Of a DNA stretch of 64,000 nucleotides, positions 49,225 through 64,000 are shown piece after piece. This stretch comes from Lama glama (Eukaryota). The stretch covers positions 15,750,001 to 15,814,000 of the forward strand of contig CM052832.1 in assembly GCA_028534125.1 (NCBI GenBank). Reading direction: 5' to 3'. Made by a program: the position numbers and the translations under genes. How positions within the stretch are numbered: position 1 is the first letter of the stretch; every line of letters begins with the position of its first letter. Under the pieces are notes generated by a model that did no database searches, was not told the origin of the DNA, and saw only the letters and a program-made list of their open reading frames with translations.

Positions 49225-50204
49225 TGACCCTTCTGAGAGAAACGGGTTTGGAGGACCCCCGTCTTCAGCTTCCTGGCAAGTCTCTGACAGCCCTTGAGTG
49301 CTCAGTACTGCGTCGACCAAGTGCATCCCCCTGTGCTGACTTTGGGATCAACCTCTGTCCTGCAGGTTTCCTATTTTTTAGCGCCAGTACTCATGGCAGG
49401 ACTTGTGGGACACAAACTAGCTCCCCTTCCCAACTCCAACACACACACACTTTCTTGATCTACCCAAAGCCCTGTAGTAGCAGTAAAATGTTTAACAGTG
49501 TTTGCACCATATCCGTTTTACCAGGTCTTGGCCAGTTCTCTCAGGGTGTAGAGGATGCTAGGATCTGGAAGACTGGATTTCCGGTGACGACCAGTGAGCA
49601 TAAACAATTGGTACTAGGGGTTGGCAGTCATTCTTGGGCCAGTCCAGCTATGTCTTGCTCCATTTGACTCATCAATTTCGGGCCCCTTGTGTGTTACTTG
49701 TGAATGGCCCATTTCACATGGACTTCGTGAAATTTGCATCCTGAATTCAGATTTGCCTGGAAAGCGGTGCAGAGTATCCCATTCACTGTAACTTCCCGCA
49801 ACCCATGACAGTTCTGCAGGACACCGGGAGAGGAAATGTTCATGGAAATTCCACTCTTGATTTACTCTGTAATGAAGAAGCCATTGGTATGATCTATGAT
49901 GTCATCTCCTTTTTTCTACATTCCCTAGAGTCCCATGCATGACAAAGAGAGGCCGAAAGCTGGGGTAAGATGGCTACATCCTTTGCCTGGGGTCCGTCCT
50001 ATCAGGAGGGTCAGGAGGGTAACAGAATAGATCAGCAAGTGTCTGGTACAAGGAGGGGGACGGGGTCTAAGAGCCATCCACCTGAATGTTCTCTAAATAT
50101 GTAGCCTGGAAGATTTTAGTTACTGTGAACAAAATTTTCAACACACAAACAGATAAGTAACCAAACAAAGTAGTTTATGCCAAGTATCAAATAAAGTGGT
50201 ACAG

Positions 50205-50400
50205 ATGAGTGGTTTTCAAATCAGAATGCACTAAGAATCATGGGGGAGCCTTTTAGAAAGTATGGGCTTCACTCAGATCTACTGAATTAGAATCTTTGCA
50301 GAAGGGTGAGTGGTGAGTCTGCCATTTTTAACCCACTCCGATGATGCTGTTACAGCCACCCCAGACCCAGGCTGTGGTCTGGTAACTGGGGCCCACTGAT
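50205..50400 (+). mobile_element. MER5-like hAT DNA transposon
   Basis: agtggttttcaaa...tgcactaagaatcatgggggagccttttagaaa...agatctactgaattagaatct...gtctgccattttaac; end approximate. Confidence 0.65.
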
Positions 50401-50671
50401 GTAGTCTGGTGCTATTGGAGGTCATTGGAAGAGGGCATCCCTGAAGTCTGAAGAGGTCCAGGAAGGCTTTCTGGAGAACACGGGTCTTTTGGGCATAAAG
50501 GTTGAGCAAGATACAGGTCAAAAGGGACAAGATAGGGCTTTGAATTATGACTATTTCATCCTGGAAAAGAAAAAATCAAGAGATTATGGGGACTTTGTGG
50601 ACTTCCCAAGAGAGAATAAGATGGGGCCAACTATTGGCCAGAAGAGGACTCCGATGGAAGTGGGAGAGGAT

Positions 50672-51200
50672 TGTCCTAGTCAAGGTTTTTGTTTGCTAGG
50701 AACAGAAACCCGATTACAATGATTATAGACAAAAGGAGAGGATATTTACAATAAAGACACAGGAGTGGTACCCAGAACCCAAGGGTGGGTTTTAGCCAGT
50801 CCTCGCAGGGAACGGACTGCAGAACTGAAGAGCCAGCAGAACCTAGAGCAGCCGCACTTGCTGTCTCTGGGCCATGTGGTCTCTGCTCTCCAGACTCTTC
50901 TGCAGGTTAGTCCTGTTCTCTCTGTGGACTGACTGTCCTTTTCAGCTAACATGTCAGCTCTAGAGTACTTGTGTTTGGATGTCATCTCAGCTCTAGCCGC
51001 CCACAGAGCCTGTGTCCCCTAGTCACAATTTATAATTATTGGAAAAACAAATGGCTGCTCAGACTTGGGGCAGGTGGGGCAGGTGGCTATCCCAGTCCAT
51101 TGTACTGTGACCAGGGGACCGAGATCCCACAGAACAAGCCTGGCTCCTCTGAGGTGAGGAGTCGGGTCGTCCTCAGAAAGAGAAGAGGCTGTCAGAAGAC
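50672..51200 (-). mobile_element. Old MaLR LTR (MLT1-like)
   Basis: tgtcctagtcaaggtttttgtttgctaggaacagaaacccgatt... resembles reversed MLT1 end; end approximate. Confidence 0.45.
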
Positions 51201-51965
51201 ACCACGAGGTAGCTCTGTCCCCAGCATGCCTTGATCTCTGCCGATCTTTTACTTAAAACTTAACTAGATGCATCCTTGGAAAGGTGTTTCTTTGATCTCT
51301 GTCCTAAGGTTTAATAAAGTCATTAAAAGTGTTCTTTCTTTGGACCAGGAGTGTGCTTTTTTTCACTATGCATTTATTACCCAGAAGTCACTGGAAGCAA
51401 TTTGGAAGGAAGATGGAGCAATTCCAAACCTTTTAGGTTTATATATCTGTCCTCACACATTTTTTTCCTTCTGATATCAAAGTAAATAGCTTCTCATTAA
51501 AAAAAAAACTGTCCTTCTGCCTTCTTGATCTGATTTCTTTCAATCTCTTTTAGAATAGATGTTCAATAGTTACCTCCTCTTCAGTATTTTTATACTCTGA
51601 CCCTAAAGATAATAAACATATCCAGCCCTCTCTCCATTCATGTCATTGCCCCCAGAGTTGACAACTTTCAATTGTTTTCAACTAATTCTGTTGCTGTTGA
51701 TCTTCTGTCTTTAAATAACGTCTGTTTTGCTACATCTTGATTTTTCAACTTTAGACCTTATCTCTTTACTTCCCACTATGAAAGAAGAGGATTTCGATTA
51801 TTTTTTATCCTCACTGTACACTGGTATACCCTTTCCATATGCCCTTCCTTTAATATAGTTACACTGTAATTCTGTGGGTTGATGTTCAGTGTTTATATTA
51901 TTATGACCTTGTAAAGGTTATTTACAGCCAAACCACAGAGTAAACCGTGCATGCTCTTTCTTTCT

Positions 51966-52110
51966 TTTTTTTAAAAAATATTTTGAATTTTCGTTTTATT
52001 GAAGGAAAGTCAGTTACAGTGTGTTGGTTTCTGCCATACAGCATGATGCCCCAGTCATGCACGTACGTTCGTATATTCATTTTCATATGATTTTTTTGCA
52101 CGATGCCGTG
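51966..52110 (-). mobile_element. L1 3' tail insertion
   Basis: ttttattgaaggaaagtcagttacagtgtgttggtttctgccatacagcatg; TSD catgctctttctttct/cttgctctttctttct. Confidence 0.78.
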
Positions 52111-52263
52111 CTTGCTCTTTCTTTCTGAGACAACCTTCTGTTTTTCCTGGGATGAATAATTGTCTTGTTTTCTTGGCCTAGTTTTATTTGTACCTGTCAT
52201 TAGTGAAACACAAATTTCCTCACAATGCAATCAGATACACCAGGTAGTCTGTCAATTTCATGG

Positions 52264-52363
52264 NNNNNNNNNNNNNNNNNNNNNNNNNNNNNNNNNNNNN
52301 NNNNNNNNNNNNNNNNNNNNNNNNNNNNNNNNNNNNNNNNNNNNNNNNNNNNNNNNNNNNNNN
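52264..52363. other. Assembly gap (100 N)
   Basis: Run of N. Confidence 1.
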
Positions 52364-53667
52364 AGACAAGTAGAAGAATGACCAGGTTCTGGAATTACTG
52401 AAGAGACTTTACTTCTCCCAACCACATCATTTATGTAGCTTCCCTTGTTCAGAGTTTCTTTCTCACTTAGAATATACTCTAAATTCCTTACTGGCCAAGG
52501 CTCTCCAACCTCCCCTCCCTCCACCCTTCCTTCTTTCATTAAGTTACAGCCACACTGTCTTTCCTTGGAATCATCCTGCCCACAATCTTAAACATCGATG
52601 CTTCCAACTCATCATTCATTCACAACTCATTTGGTGAAAATTCAGCAGCTTCCCTGCTCATCTTTGCTAAATATACCACCCATTTCCAGTCCCTCTCCAT
52701 CACATTACCCGTTTCCATTGAGGGACAGGTGCCTCTCCTTGAATGGAGCCCCTCCCACCAGGCTTTCTTTCCTCATTCAACCTCCAATAAAGCCTTTTGG
52801 GGAGTGACCAAGCCTGTACAAAGAAGCAGTCACTTCCTACCATGTCTCCTCACCCCATCTTCAGTCATTGCCACTAAATGTTATTTGGCTCCATCTTGTG
52901 GTTTGACTCCGCCTCATGTGGAGGCTCCAAATCTGAGTAAATCCCAGATCTCCCAAGGAGAGGACCCCCTGGCATTTCTGACCCCTGGAAACTTCCTGCT
53001 GCCTTGTCCCTGGAGCCCTGATGCCACTCCTGAGACCTGGTTGGATTCCAAGGTTGTCCTTCACTCCTTCCCTCAGGGCTGCAGTAGATGGCTCTGCTCC
53101 AGGTACAAGTTCTTACCGTAACACCCGGAACATGACAGCTCCCCAGTAAATGTTTAAACACCTGACTGACTGAAGAGTGAAATGTAGTCCACTCAGCTCT
53201 CAAATTCCTTCTCACTACAAGCCAAGATATTTCCCCTCCCCTACCTTCCCCTCAGGGACCTGTCCACCTGATCAGAGCCCCATCTCATTCACATCTACCT
53301 CCTACACCGTCGTTTCCATAGGCCCCTTCATTCATAAACGTCCCAGTCTCTAAGCCAAACCTGAAGGGATGGTGAGGACGGATGGCAGGTATGAATAGTC
53401 ACCATTCAGATATTGCTCAGTGATTTTACTGAGTGGATCCACTCAGATGGTGAATAATGTTTACTCAGCCTGGTTCCTCTTCACACAGTGAAAGTCATCA
53501 TTGGGAATTCCCTCACCTATACTTATGGAACAAGTTCATTTCATTTCTTCTTTTGTGTCTTCACACTTCCTAATTGTTCTTCAGCTAAACTCATTTTAGC
53601 TGGGCTTGGTGAAAAAAATTAATTTTCTACAGCATGGTGGAATCTTAGAAACTACTTTTAAAAAGAT

Positions 53668-54474
53668 ACTGTAAATAGTGCTGTTATGAACATTGGGGTG
53701 CATGTATCTTTTCGAATTAGGGTTTTCATCTTTTCCAGATATATGCCCAGGAGTGGGATTGTTGGATCATATGGTAATTCTATTTTTAGTTTTTTAAGGA
53801 ACCTCCATATTGTTCCCCGTAGTGGCTGCACCAATTTACATTGCCATCAACGGTATAGGAGGGTTTCCTTTTCCCCACACCCTCTCCAACATTTATTATT
53901 TGTAGACTTTTTGCTGATGGCCATTCCGACTGGTGTGAGGTGATACATCTCACTGTGGTTTCAATTTGCATTTCTCTAACAATTAGCGATGTTGAGTATA
54001 TCTTCATGTCCTGTCAGCCATCTGTATGTCTTCTTTGGAGAAATGTCTACTTAGATCTTCTGTTCATTTTTTGATTGGGTTGTTTGGGTTTTTGGTTTTT
54101 TTTTAACATTTGGTTTTTTTGTTTTTATATTGAGCTGTATGAGCTGTTTGTATATTTCGGAAATTAAGGTCTTGTTGGTCACATCCCTTGCAAATATTAT
54201 CTCCTGTTCTGTAGGTTGTCTTTTTGATTTGTTTATGGTTGTTTGTTTATGTGTAAAAGCTTATAAGTTTGATTAGGTCCCATTTGTTTAGCAACCTACG
54301 TGTCCATTGACAGCTGACTGGTTAAAGATGTTGTATATATATGTATATATAATGGAATATTACTCAGCTATAGAAAAGAATGAAATAATGCCATTTGCAG
54401 CAAAATGGATGGACCTAGAAATGATCATACTAAGTGAAATAAATCAAACAGAGAACGACAAATATCATGATATC
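53668..54474. mobile_element. L1 with 5' inversion (twin-priming structure)
   Basis: 53668-54290 is antisense L1 ORF2 3' region (gtaaatagtgctgttatgaacattggggtgcatg...gattaggtcccatttgttta); 54291-54474 is sense L1 (gcaacctacgtgtccattgacag...atggatggacctagaaatgatcatactaagtgaa). Confidence 0.85.
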
Positions 54475-55147
54475 TTTAATAGGTGGAAAGTATTAATGGG
54501 TTGTCCAGTGTTATGTTCTCAGTCTCAGAAACTATAATAGTAACCGACTTTGAGGTTTGACAGTTATAGCTGATAAAAGAGCACTTTACTTTTTTCCCCA
54601 CCAAACATTAACTTACTCAACAAAATTAGCAGTGTCCTCATTTGGCAAACACGTGAGAAATATTTTATTGTGTATAAATATTTACTTGCTATCCAAGGAC
54701 ACAAAATGACTTGAAGTTTGGATGATGGGTCTCTCTTACTTTTACAGGAGCTATTCTTATACTGGCCACCTTAGGTTGAGGGCAGGCCTCAATGGAGGTG
54801 AGAGGCCTAGTGCCCCAGTGAGGGAGGGAGGGGTACTGGCCTGGTGGGGGGGGGCAGGACACGAGGGAAGTAGGTGGTTGAAGGACCCCTGAGACAACAT
54901 GGTAGAGCAGAAAGACATGGTCTTTGGAACCAATGATTAAGGTCAAGTTAATATTCCTCTCTGGATCTCTGTTTTCTCTTCTGTTAAGTGGGTATCATAG
55001 ACTCTAACGATCAAGAGTTGAACATTGTGAGAATCATGAGATGAATATATAAAGTGACAAGCTTAGGACCTGGACAATAATACAACCTAGTGTGTATTAG
55101 CACTACCTCCCTATATGTCCTAAGTGGTGATTAAGTCTCCCTTTCAT

Positions 55148-55259
55148 GAGGTGACCGCTCATCCCAATTTGTCCAGGACTGTCTCAGTTTAATTGCTAAC
55201 AGTTCCAGGTCCTGGAAAGCTCCTCAGTGCTGGGCAAAACCAGGACGGTTGTTTACCCG
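55148..55259. mobile_element. MER81-like (hAT-Blackjack) MITE
   Basis: gaggtgaccgctcatcccaatttgtccaggactg...ctgggcaaaaccaggacggttgtttaccc, imperfect terminal inverted repeats. Confidence 0.7.
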
Positions 55260-55749
55260 GCATTTACCCTACCTTGATGATACATCCTGTCCAAATCCCA
55301 ACTCTGGGCCTGTCAGCCCTAAGGCAGGGCTGATCAACCTCCTTTTGGGATCTGTGCTGGGGCATCTGCATGGATGCAAATGCCAAGAGAAAGTTTCACC
55401 TTCATTTATGCTTATATTGAAACCACTTCCCCAGGGGAAGTTAAGGATATAAAGAATAAGAGACAGTCCCTAGCTCACAAAAGAGCCTTGGAACATATGC
55501 ACGGTGGAGCAAAACTAAGGAGGAAGGAAGTTAAGTTGTGAACTGAAAAGGGAAGTTGTCAGTCTGATGGTCCACTGGGAGAGTCCTCAAAAGGCTGGTG
55601 AGCAGAACAGCCACACAGACAATCTGTGTGTAGCCACAATGCTAGACACTCGTGCTGGAGCCTGCAGACAGGGGAGGGGTTGAACGAGAGGGACTGGTAT
55701 GTAGTTGGAGGCTCAGTGAGGTCCCTTGGAAGGTGTGTGTGTGTCTGTC

Positions 55750-56900
55750 ATGGGGGATGAAAGGACAGTCAGAAAAGCCTTTATAAGGGAGGTAACAAGT
55801 TGTTCTTGGAAATTATGTAGGATTGCTGATGGGGGAAAGAGCATATTCCAGGCAGAGAGAACAGCATATGCCAAGGTCCAGTGGCAATAAATTGTGGGAG
55901 AATCTGGGAAGGCCCTATCTTCTGCTCTGAGTTGAGCACAGAGTTCAACAAAGGGTAAATGGGGACTCTGACCTTACAGAGGTGACAAAGGCTAGATAGA
56001 GGCCTTGTATGCCTTGCAAAGGAGTTTAAGCCTTAAGGGTCATAAGTGACACGATCAGATTTATTTTCTAAAGGATCTCTCCAGCAGCAACAGTGTTGGG
56101 GGTGGATTAACTGGAAATAGGGCTATGGATAGAAAACTAGGAAGAAGAGAGTCATGACAGTCCAGCCTGGGGGGCACTGAGAGGACAGAGTGATAGAGGA
56201 AGGCTCAGCAGGCCTCAGTGGCTGACAGAGAAGGGGAGCCGGGGGAGAACTCTAGGCAGAGCACCAGACTGTGGCTCCAGTGTCTGGGAGAGTAATGATA
56301 CATTAATGTCACTGCTACTTACTTACTGTAGGACTGTTATTTACTGTTACTGTTACTGGTTCTGAGCCTCATCTATAAAAGGGTGATGACTATCTGCTTC
56401 ATGGGATTATTATGAGGACTTAATTTGAAAGGCACATTAATGAGTTCCGTATGGTTGCTTGTTATTTAAATGGGTAACTCACAGAGGGATGTGTTTGGGA
56501 AAAAGATAGGACCTTTTCTGGACATGTACTGTGTGTCAAAAGCCTATGGGACACTGGCATCAGGCAGTTGAAAAACAGACTTGGAACTTTGGAGCAAGGT
56601 CTAGACAGAGATAGATTTTATGAGTGGCAGTTGTCTCCAGAGGAATGGATAAAATTGCTTAGAAATACTGTGCAAGTAAGAGGACCAAAGAAGGAGTAAC
56701 ATGAGGGACAACACCGTCTCATGGAATGCTGGGGCAGAGACTCTAGAGTGAGGAACCAATGGTGTCAAAGAACCAGGGGACACCACAGTAGAGGAGATGT
56801 ACAAGGAGAGAAGGACCTCTGGGTCAGAAAAGTGAAGGCTCATGTTTCAAGGGATGAAGTATAGTAAAGGAAGAAGGAAAGGAAAGAAGCACCTGAAGAT
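55750..56900 (+). mobile_element. Decayed L2 fragments
   Basis: gagcatattccaggcagagagaacagcatatgccaaggt...aagtgacacgatcagatttattttctaaaggatctctccagcagc, L2 3' region motifs; boundaries approximate. Confidence 0.6.
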
Positions 56901-56960
56901 GGGAGGGTGGGCACACAAAAGTCTAGAATCGACATTCAGGAAGAAGTCATGGGTAACACG

Positions 56961-56978
56961 TTCACCAGGTGGCGCCAA
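56961..56978 (+). promoter_or_regulatory. Candidate CTCF site between DOA and BRD2
   Basis: TTCACCAGGTGGCGCCAA matches the CTCF core CCACCAGGTGGCGC; motif match only. Confidence 0.5.
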
Positions 56979-57479
56979 AGATCCTCTGTGGCTATTAACA
57001 TGGGTCTCAGAACCCCTACCACTTAGGCAAGCCTAGCTGAGCTTCATTCCAACCTGTCAGCCGGGTGACATTCCTTTAGTTGAGGAACTATGAAATTTCC
57101 ACTGCTGGAATGCTCCAGGACTCCGAAGGATAGAGACAGATACAGAAATGTACATGTATATATATACACACAACTCCACTCTTCCTTTGGTATGTGGGGA
57201 TAAAATAAGAACCTTCAAAGCATAGTCCCATCCATTTTATCTCCTACATAGGTTTCAAATCTACCCACGTCTCTTCATGCACATTGCTACCTCTCCACTC
57301 CAAACCACTATCCTCACTTACTGGGAAGGACCGCGGCACTGCCTTTCTAAACTGTCATTCTACATCCATTTTCAGCACCCCGCTAACCCAACATGATTCT
57401 CCCAACTGCTATTTCTTCCAGGCAGGTGTCTCCTAGCTCCCCACCAGCCCACACAATATTGGAATTCTAGCATAGTAGT

Positions 57480-57705
57480 TCCTGGAACCAGATTGCTGGG
57501 GTTAAATCCCATCTGCAGCGTTCACTGGCTGTATTGCAACTTTGGGCATGTTCCTTAACTTTCCTGCCTCATATCTTCATCTATTAAATGAAGGTAAGTA
57601 AGACTTACCTCAGAGGACTATAATGAGGCTCAAATAAGTTTACAGGTTGTTTTTAGTACAATGTTTGGCACATAGTGAGTGCCTGATAAATGAAAGCTGT
57701 TTTTA
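57480..57705 (+). mobile_element. MIR
   Basis: ctggaaccagattgctggggttaaatcccatctg...ttgggcatgttccttaactttcctgcctcatatcttcatctattaaatg...tttggcacatagtgagtgcctgataaatg. Confidence 0.75.
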
Positions 57706-59491
57706 AAGACTTCAGGATAAAAATTCAAATTCTTATTGTGGCCTAAATGACCTCCTTGATCTAGCTCTGCCCGATTCTCTGGCCTTATCTGGAAGCACAC
57801 ATCTTCATTCCTGCTGCTCCATTACAAACTGTACACACGCAGGCAGTTACCATCACTGTTCCTTCTGCTGGCAACATTCACTCCCATCCTCCCTGGGCCA
57901 GACACTACTCGCCTTCTGAGATGTCTGAACAGTTCTGGTTGGAAATCTCTCCGATCTGAACCTTCTCTTCTAAATTCTCTATAGACCTTTGCATATTGTG
58001 CTGATAGAACTCACGATTTTTATTAAAAACTGTTTGATACCTCCTTTCCCTGCTCCCAGCATGTAAACTGTGAGGAGACAAAGAACGGCAAGTGGGATTT
58101 CGCAAAGAGCTTAAACTAGGGTGATGATCCAGAAAGAGTAAAGAAGCAAAGGTGGGAGATTACGAGACATCACATCAGCAGTGACCTCCCCGACATGATT
58201 TTTGGCAAGTCTCAGAGAGTAATTCCAACCAGCTTTGGTCCTTGTCCTGGGAGCCCCTCAGGGAAGCAGGGCTTTTCAGTCAGAATAGCTCTGAGGGAAA
58301 CCAAGAGCAAGGTTGGCAAGGCTTAGACTGGGGTGCTAACAATTAACAGTCTGAAAGACCAAGTCCTGCTTTCACCTTGGAGCCGACCAGTACAACTGCA
58401 CCATGACAGTTAGTAACTGTACTTGGATGGAGATTCAGTATAGGGCCATCTTTCTATCTTCACCTCCACACCTCCTGATTTAGCAGTTTGGCAATGTCTA
58501 AGTCTACTGACCTGATAGTGTTAGTTGAAAAATAAAAAAGGAACTCAGAATGTGTTGACTGAATGAGTGCTTCCAGTGGAAGCATTGAAGGGGAGTAAAT
58601 GGCGTTAACAGGTAGCAAAAAGCAGCAGACGCAGTGGAATCCATGCTTTCAAGTGCTGGCAAGGGCATGGGAAGAACACTGCCCACAGTGGGACTCCATA
58701 ATCGCATCCTTCTGATAGCGCTGGAAATGGTGCTTGTTAACTTTAGAAGGCAGTAATTCCAACCAAGTTGGAGACTTGACTCCTCAAACTATTACAAGGC
58801 CAAAAGGAGAGGGGGGGGATGGGGCAGAGTTAGGCTTGGATCAGTTAATGTGACTAAGAGAAAACGTACATTAAAGTACTGGCCAAAGTGGAAACCTCAA
58901 GGATCAATACCAGGACAAGGACTGCCAATAGTGATGGCCAGGAAATTCACGAACATTTGTAAACTGCCTACTAATGTGGCAAAGTGGGAGGTATAAACCA
59001 GGTCCAGAGCTATTCTTGCCTAATCTCAGCCAGTTCTGCAGTTAAGGAAATAAGCCAGGTGTCTTTCTCTTTAAGCATTTAGAGTTCTGGATTCAGTATA
59101 TAGGAACTGCATAAAATTGCCTCCACAGATAGTCAGAAACCTACCTTTCCAGAATTGAAATCTTTATTTCCCCCAACAAAAAATACTTAAGGGACACGAA
59201 CAGAAGTGGATGCAGCCATGGACTCAATTCTCTAACTGTCCTTCCCCCCAGCTTAGACTTTTAAATTCCCTCGATATTGTTATACATACAAAATCCTTAC
59301 TTCCAACATTTGTCCTTTCAGACTTACGCAACTCCTATCCCACCCCAACTCTAAAGTACTTCTGAACTTTGAAAATCTTTTAAGATCACTCTAGGACAGC
59401 TCAAAGGGAGATGAAAGGTTCACTCACTGAGCTCTAAGCAGCTGTTGGACGTATAGAAATGTTTTCAGTTTGGTTAAGAACTGCTAAAATT

Positions 59492-59608
59492 GGGGGGGAG
59501 GGTATAGCTCAATGATAGTGTGATTATAGCGTGCATGAGGTCCTGGCTTCAATCCCCAGTCCCTCCACTAAACAAACCTAATTACTCTCCTCCCCCCAAA
59601 ACCAAAAA
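59492..59608 (+). mobile_element. tRNA-derived SINE (Vic-1-like)
   Basis: ggggggagggtatagctcaatg...tgcatgaggtcctggcttcaatccccagtccctccactaaacaaacctaattactctcctcccccc. Confidence 0.85.
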
Positions 59609-60731
59609 GGAAATCACTGAGATTCTCCAAATTGGCATTGTATTAACCAACTATGCAAGGCTGTTAATGTGCAATTTGAGGCCAAAGCAGCAAATTACAA
59701 AAGCAGGTCTAACTGCCTCAAGGCAGATGCCCAATGCAAAAAAAAAGGTATCCCTGGTTGGCTACCCCCCACCATTCTTTCCCTATCTTGCGATGTGTCC
59801 AGGGGAAAGTTCACTGGCAGAAAACCTGAGTTACCTGAAGAGTCTGAAAACTCCTGGTTAGGTTAAGCCACGAATGAGTCAAAGAATTTGCCTTTTACTT
59901 CATCTAGATCAAAGCAAATTGTGAACCTTAAGTTTATTTTGGAGTATTCACTTTACAAAGGGCATATGCATTTTTGTCACCACAGCAACAACCTACTTAC
60001 TGGTTTATTTAAAACAGGATGGCTTTTTTCTCTCACCTCAGGAATACTTTCAACATTCTCAATTGTATCATGCTCCTTTTAAAACACCACAGAAACAAAT
60101 GTTAAGATAATGAACTAGAAACTTGAATAATATTTTCTTTATTTACAAGTTAGAATAACAGACAAAGAAAAGACAATCCAGGGGACCAAATGGGGAGATG
60201 ACTGAAACCCCCAGGAGCCCCAAACAGAGCTGAAGGAAAAGGGAAAACAGAGTAGAAAAAAAAAGGTCAACGTAAAAAAAAAAGAGCTCCCCTTCTTCCC
60301 TCCCCATGAAGGCTGAAGGTACCACAGCCCCAACCCCCAGCCTTACCTAGCTTAAAATAAATTAGAACAAACAACCTCAAAATGGGGCCCATCCAAGTGA
60401 ACAGGGCAGCTATGGCCTCAGGTAACCCCATCAGGGCCTTTGCCCACTCCCACCCTGTACCCCTGACCTGCCCCAGTCATTTGGAATGGGGGGCTCTATG
60501 ACCAAGAGGTCACTCTCAGTGGGGCTGGGAACTCCGTCATATTTTGTCCATTTATGTTCCTCCTTCAGTAATTGTCCCTGCATCCCTCCCCCATGCAGAG
60601 CCAGCTCTCCTACAGTGGGGGGGAGGGGAGGTGAGATGAGGAAGTATCACAGCAAGGGGAGGGAAGGGGTGGGGCAGGGTGGTCTTGGGGTCCGGTCCTG
60701 CGGAGCCTCCTGCCCCATCTGGCCTGGCCCC

Positions 60732-64000
<3,269 letters not shown>

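Noticed and set aside
53686..54537. ORFs resembling reverse-transcriptase C-terminal peptides
   Set aside because: Decayed L1 ORF2 remnants, not host genes.

Overview
Mammalian MHC extended class II / class II boundary, most likely from a camelid, judged from about nine copies of a tRNA-derived SINE resembling camelid Vic-1. Gene order on the + strand is COL11A2 (last 48 exons, intact, +), a DP-type class II beta gene (-), a head-to-head DP-type alpha gene (+), an intact DOA (+) and the 3' part of BRD2 (-). This is the human COL11A2-DP-DOA-BRD2 order read in reverse. The main point of interest is a nearly complete but inactivated DPB/DPA pair. DPB keeps all six exons in frame, with two nonsense codons and a GC donor. 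DPA has open exons 1-2, a 1-bp frameshift before the transmembrane segment and mutated X/Y promoter boxes; its exon 3 falls in an assembly gap. A second copy of DPB intron-1 sequence lies between DPA and DOA and may be the relic of a deleted class II beta gene. The rest is interspersed repeats (L1, L2, MIR, SINEs, solo LTRs, MER transposons), including nested and twin-primed insertions, plus three N-gaps. No rRNA, genuine tRNA or CRISPR features were found. Repeat family names and human comparisons are from recognition or memory, not from database searches.
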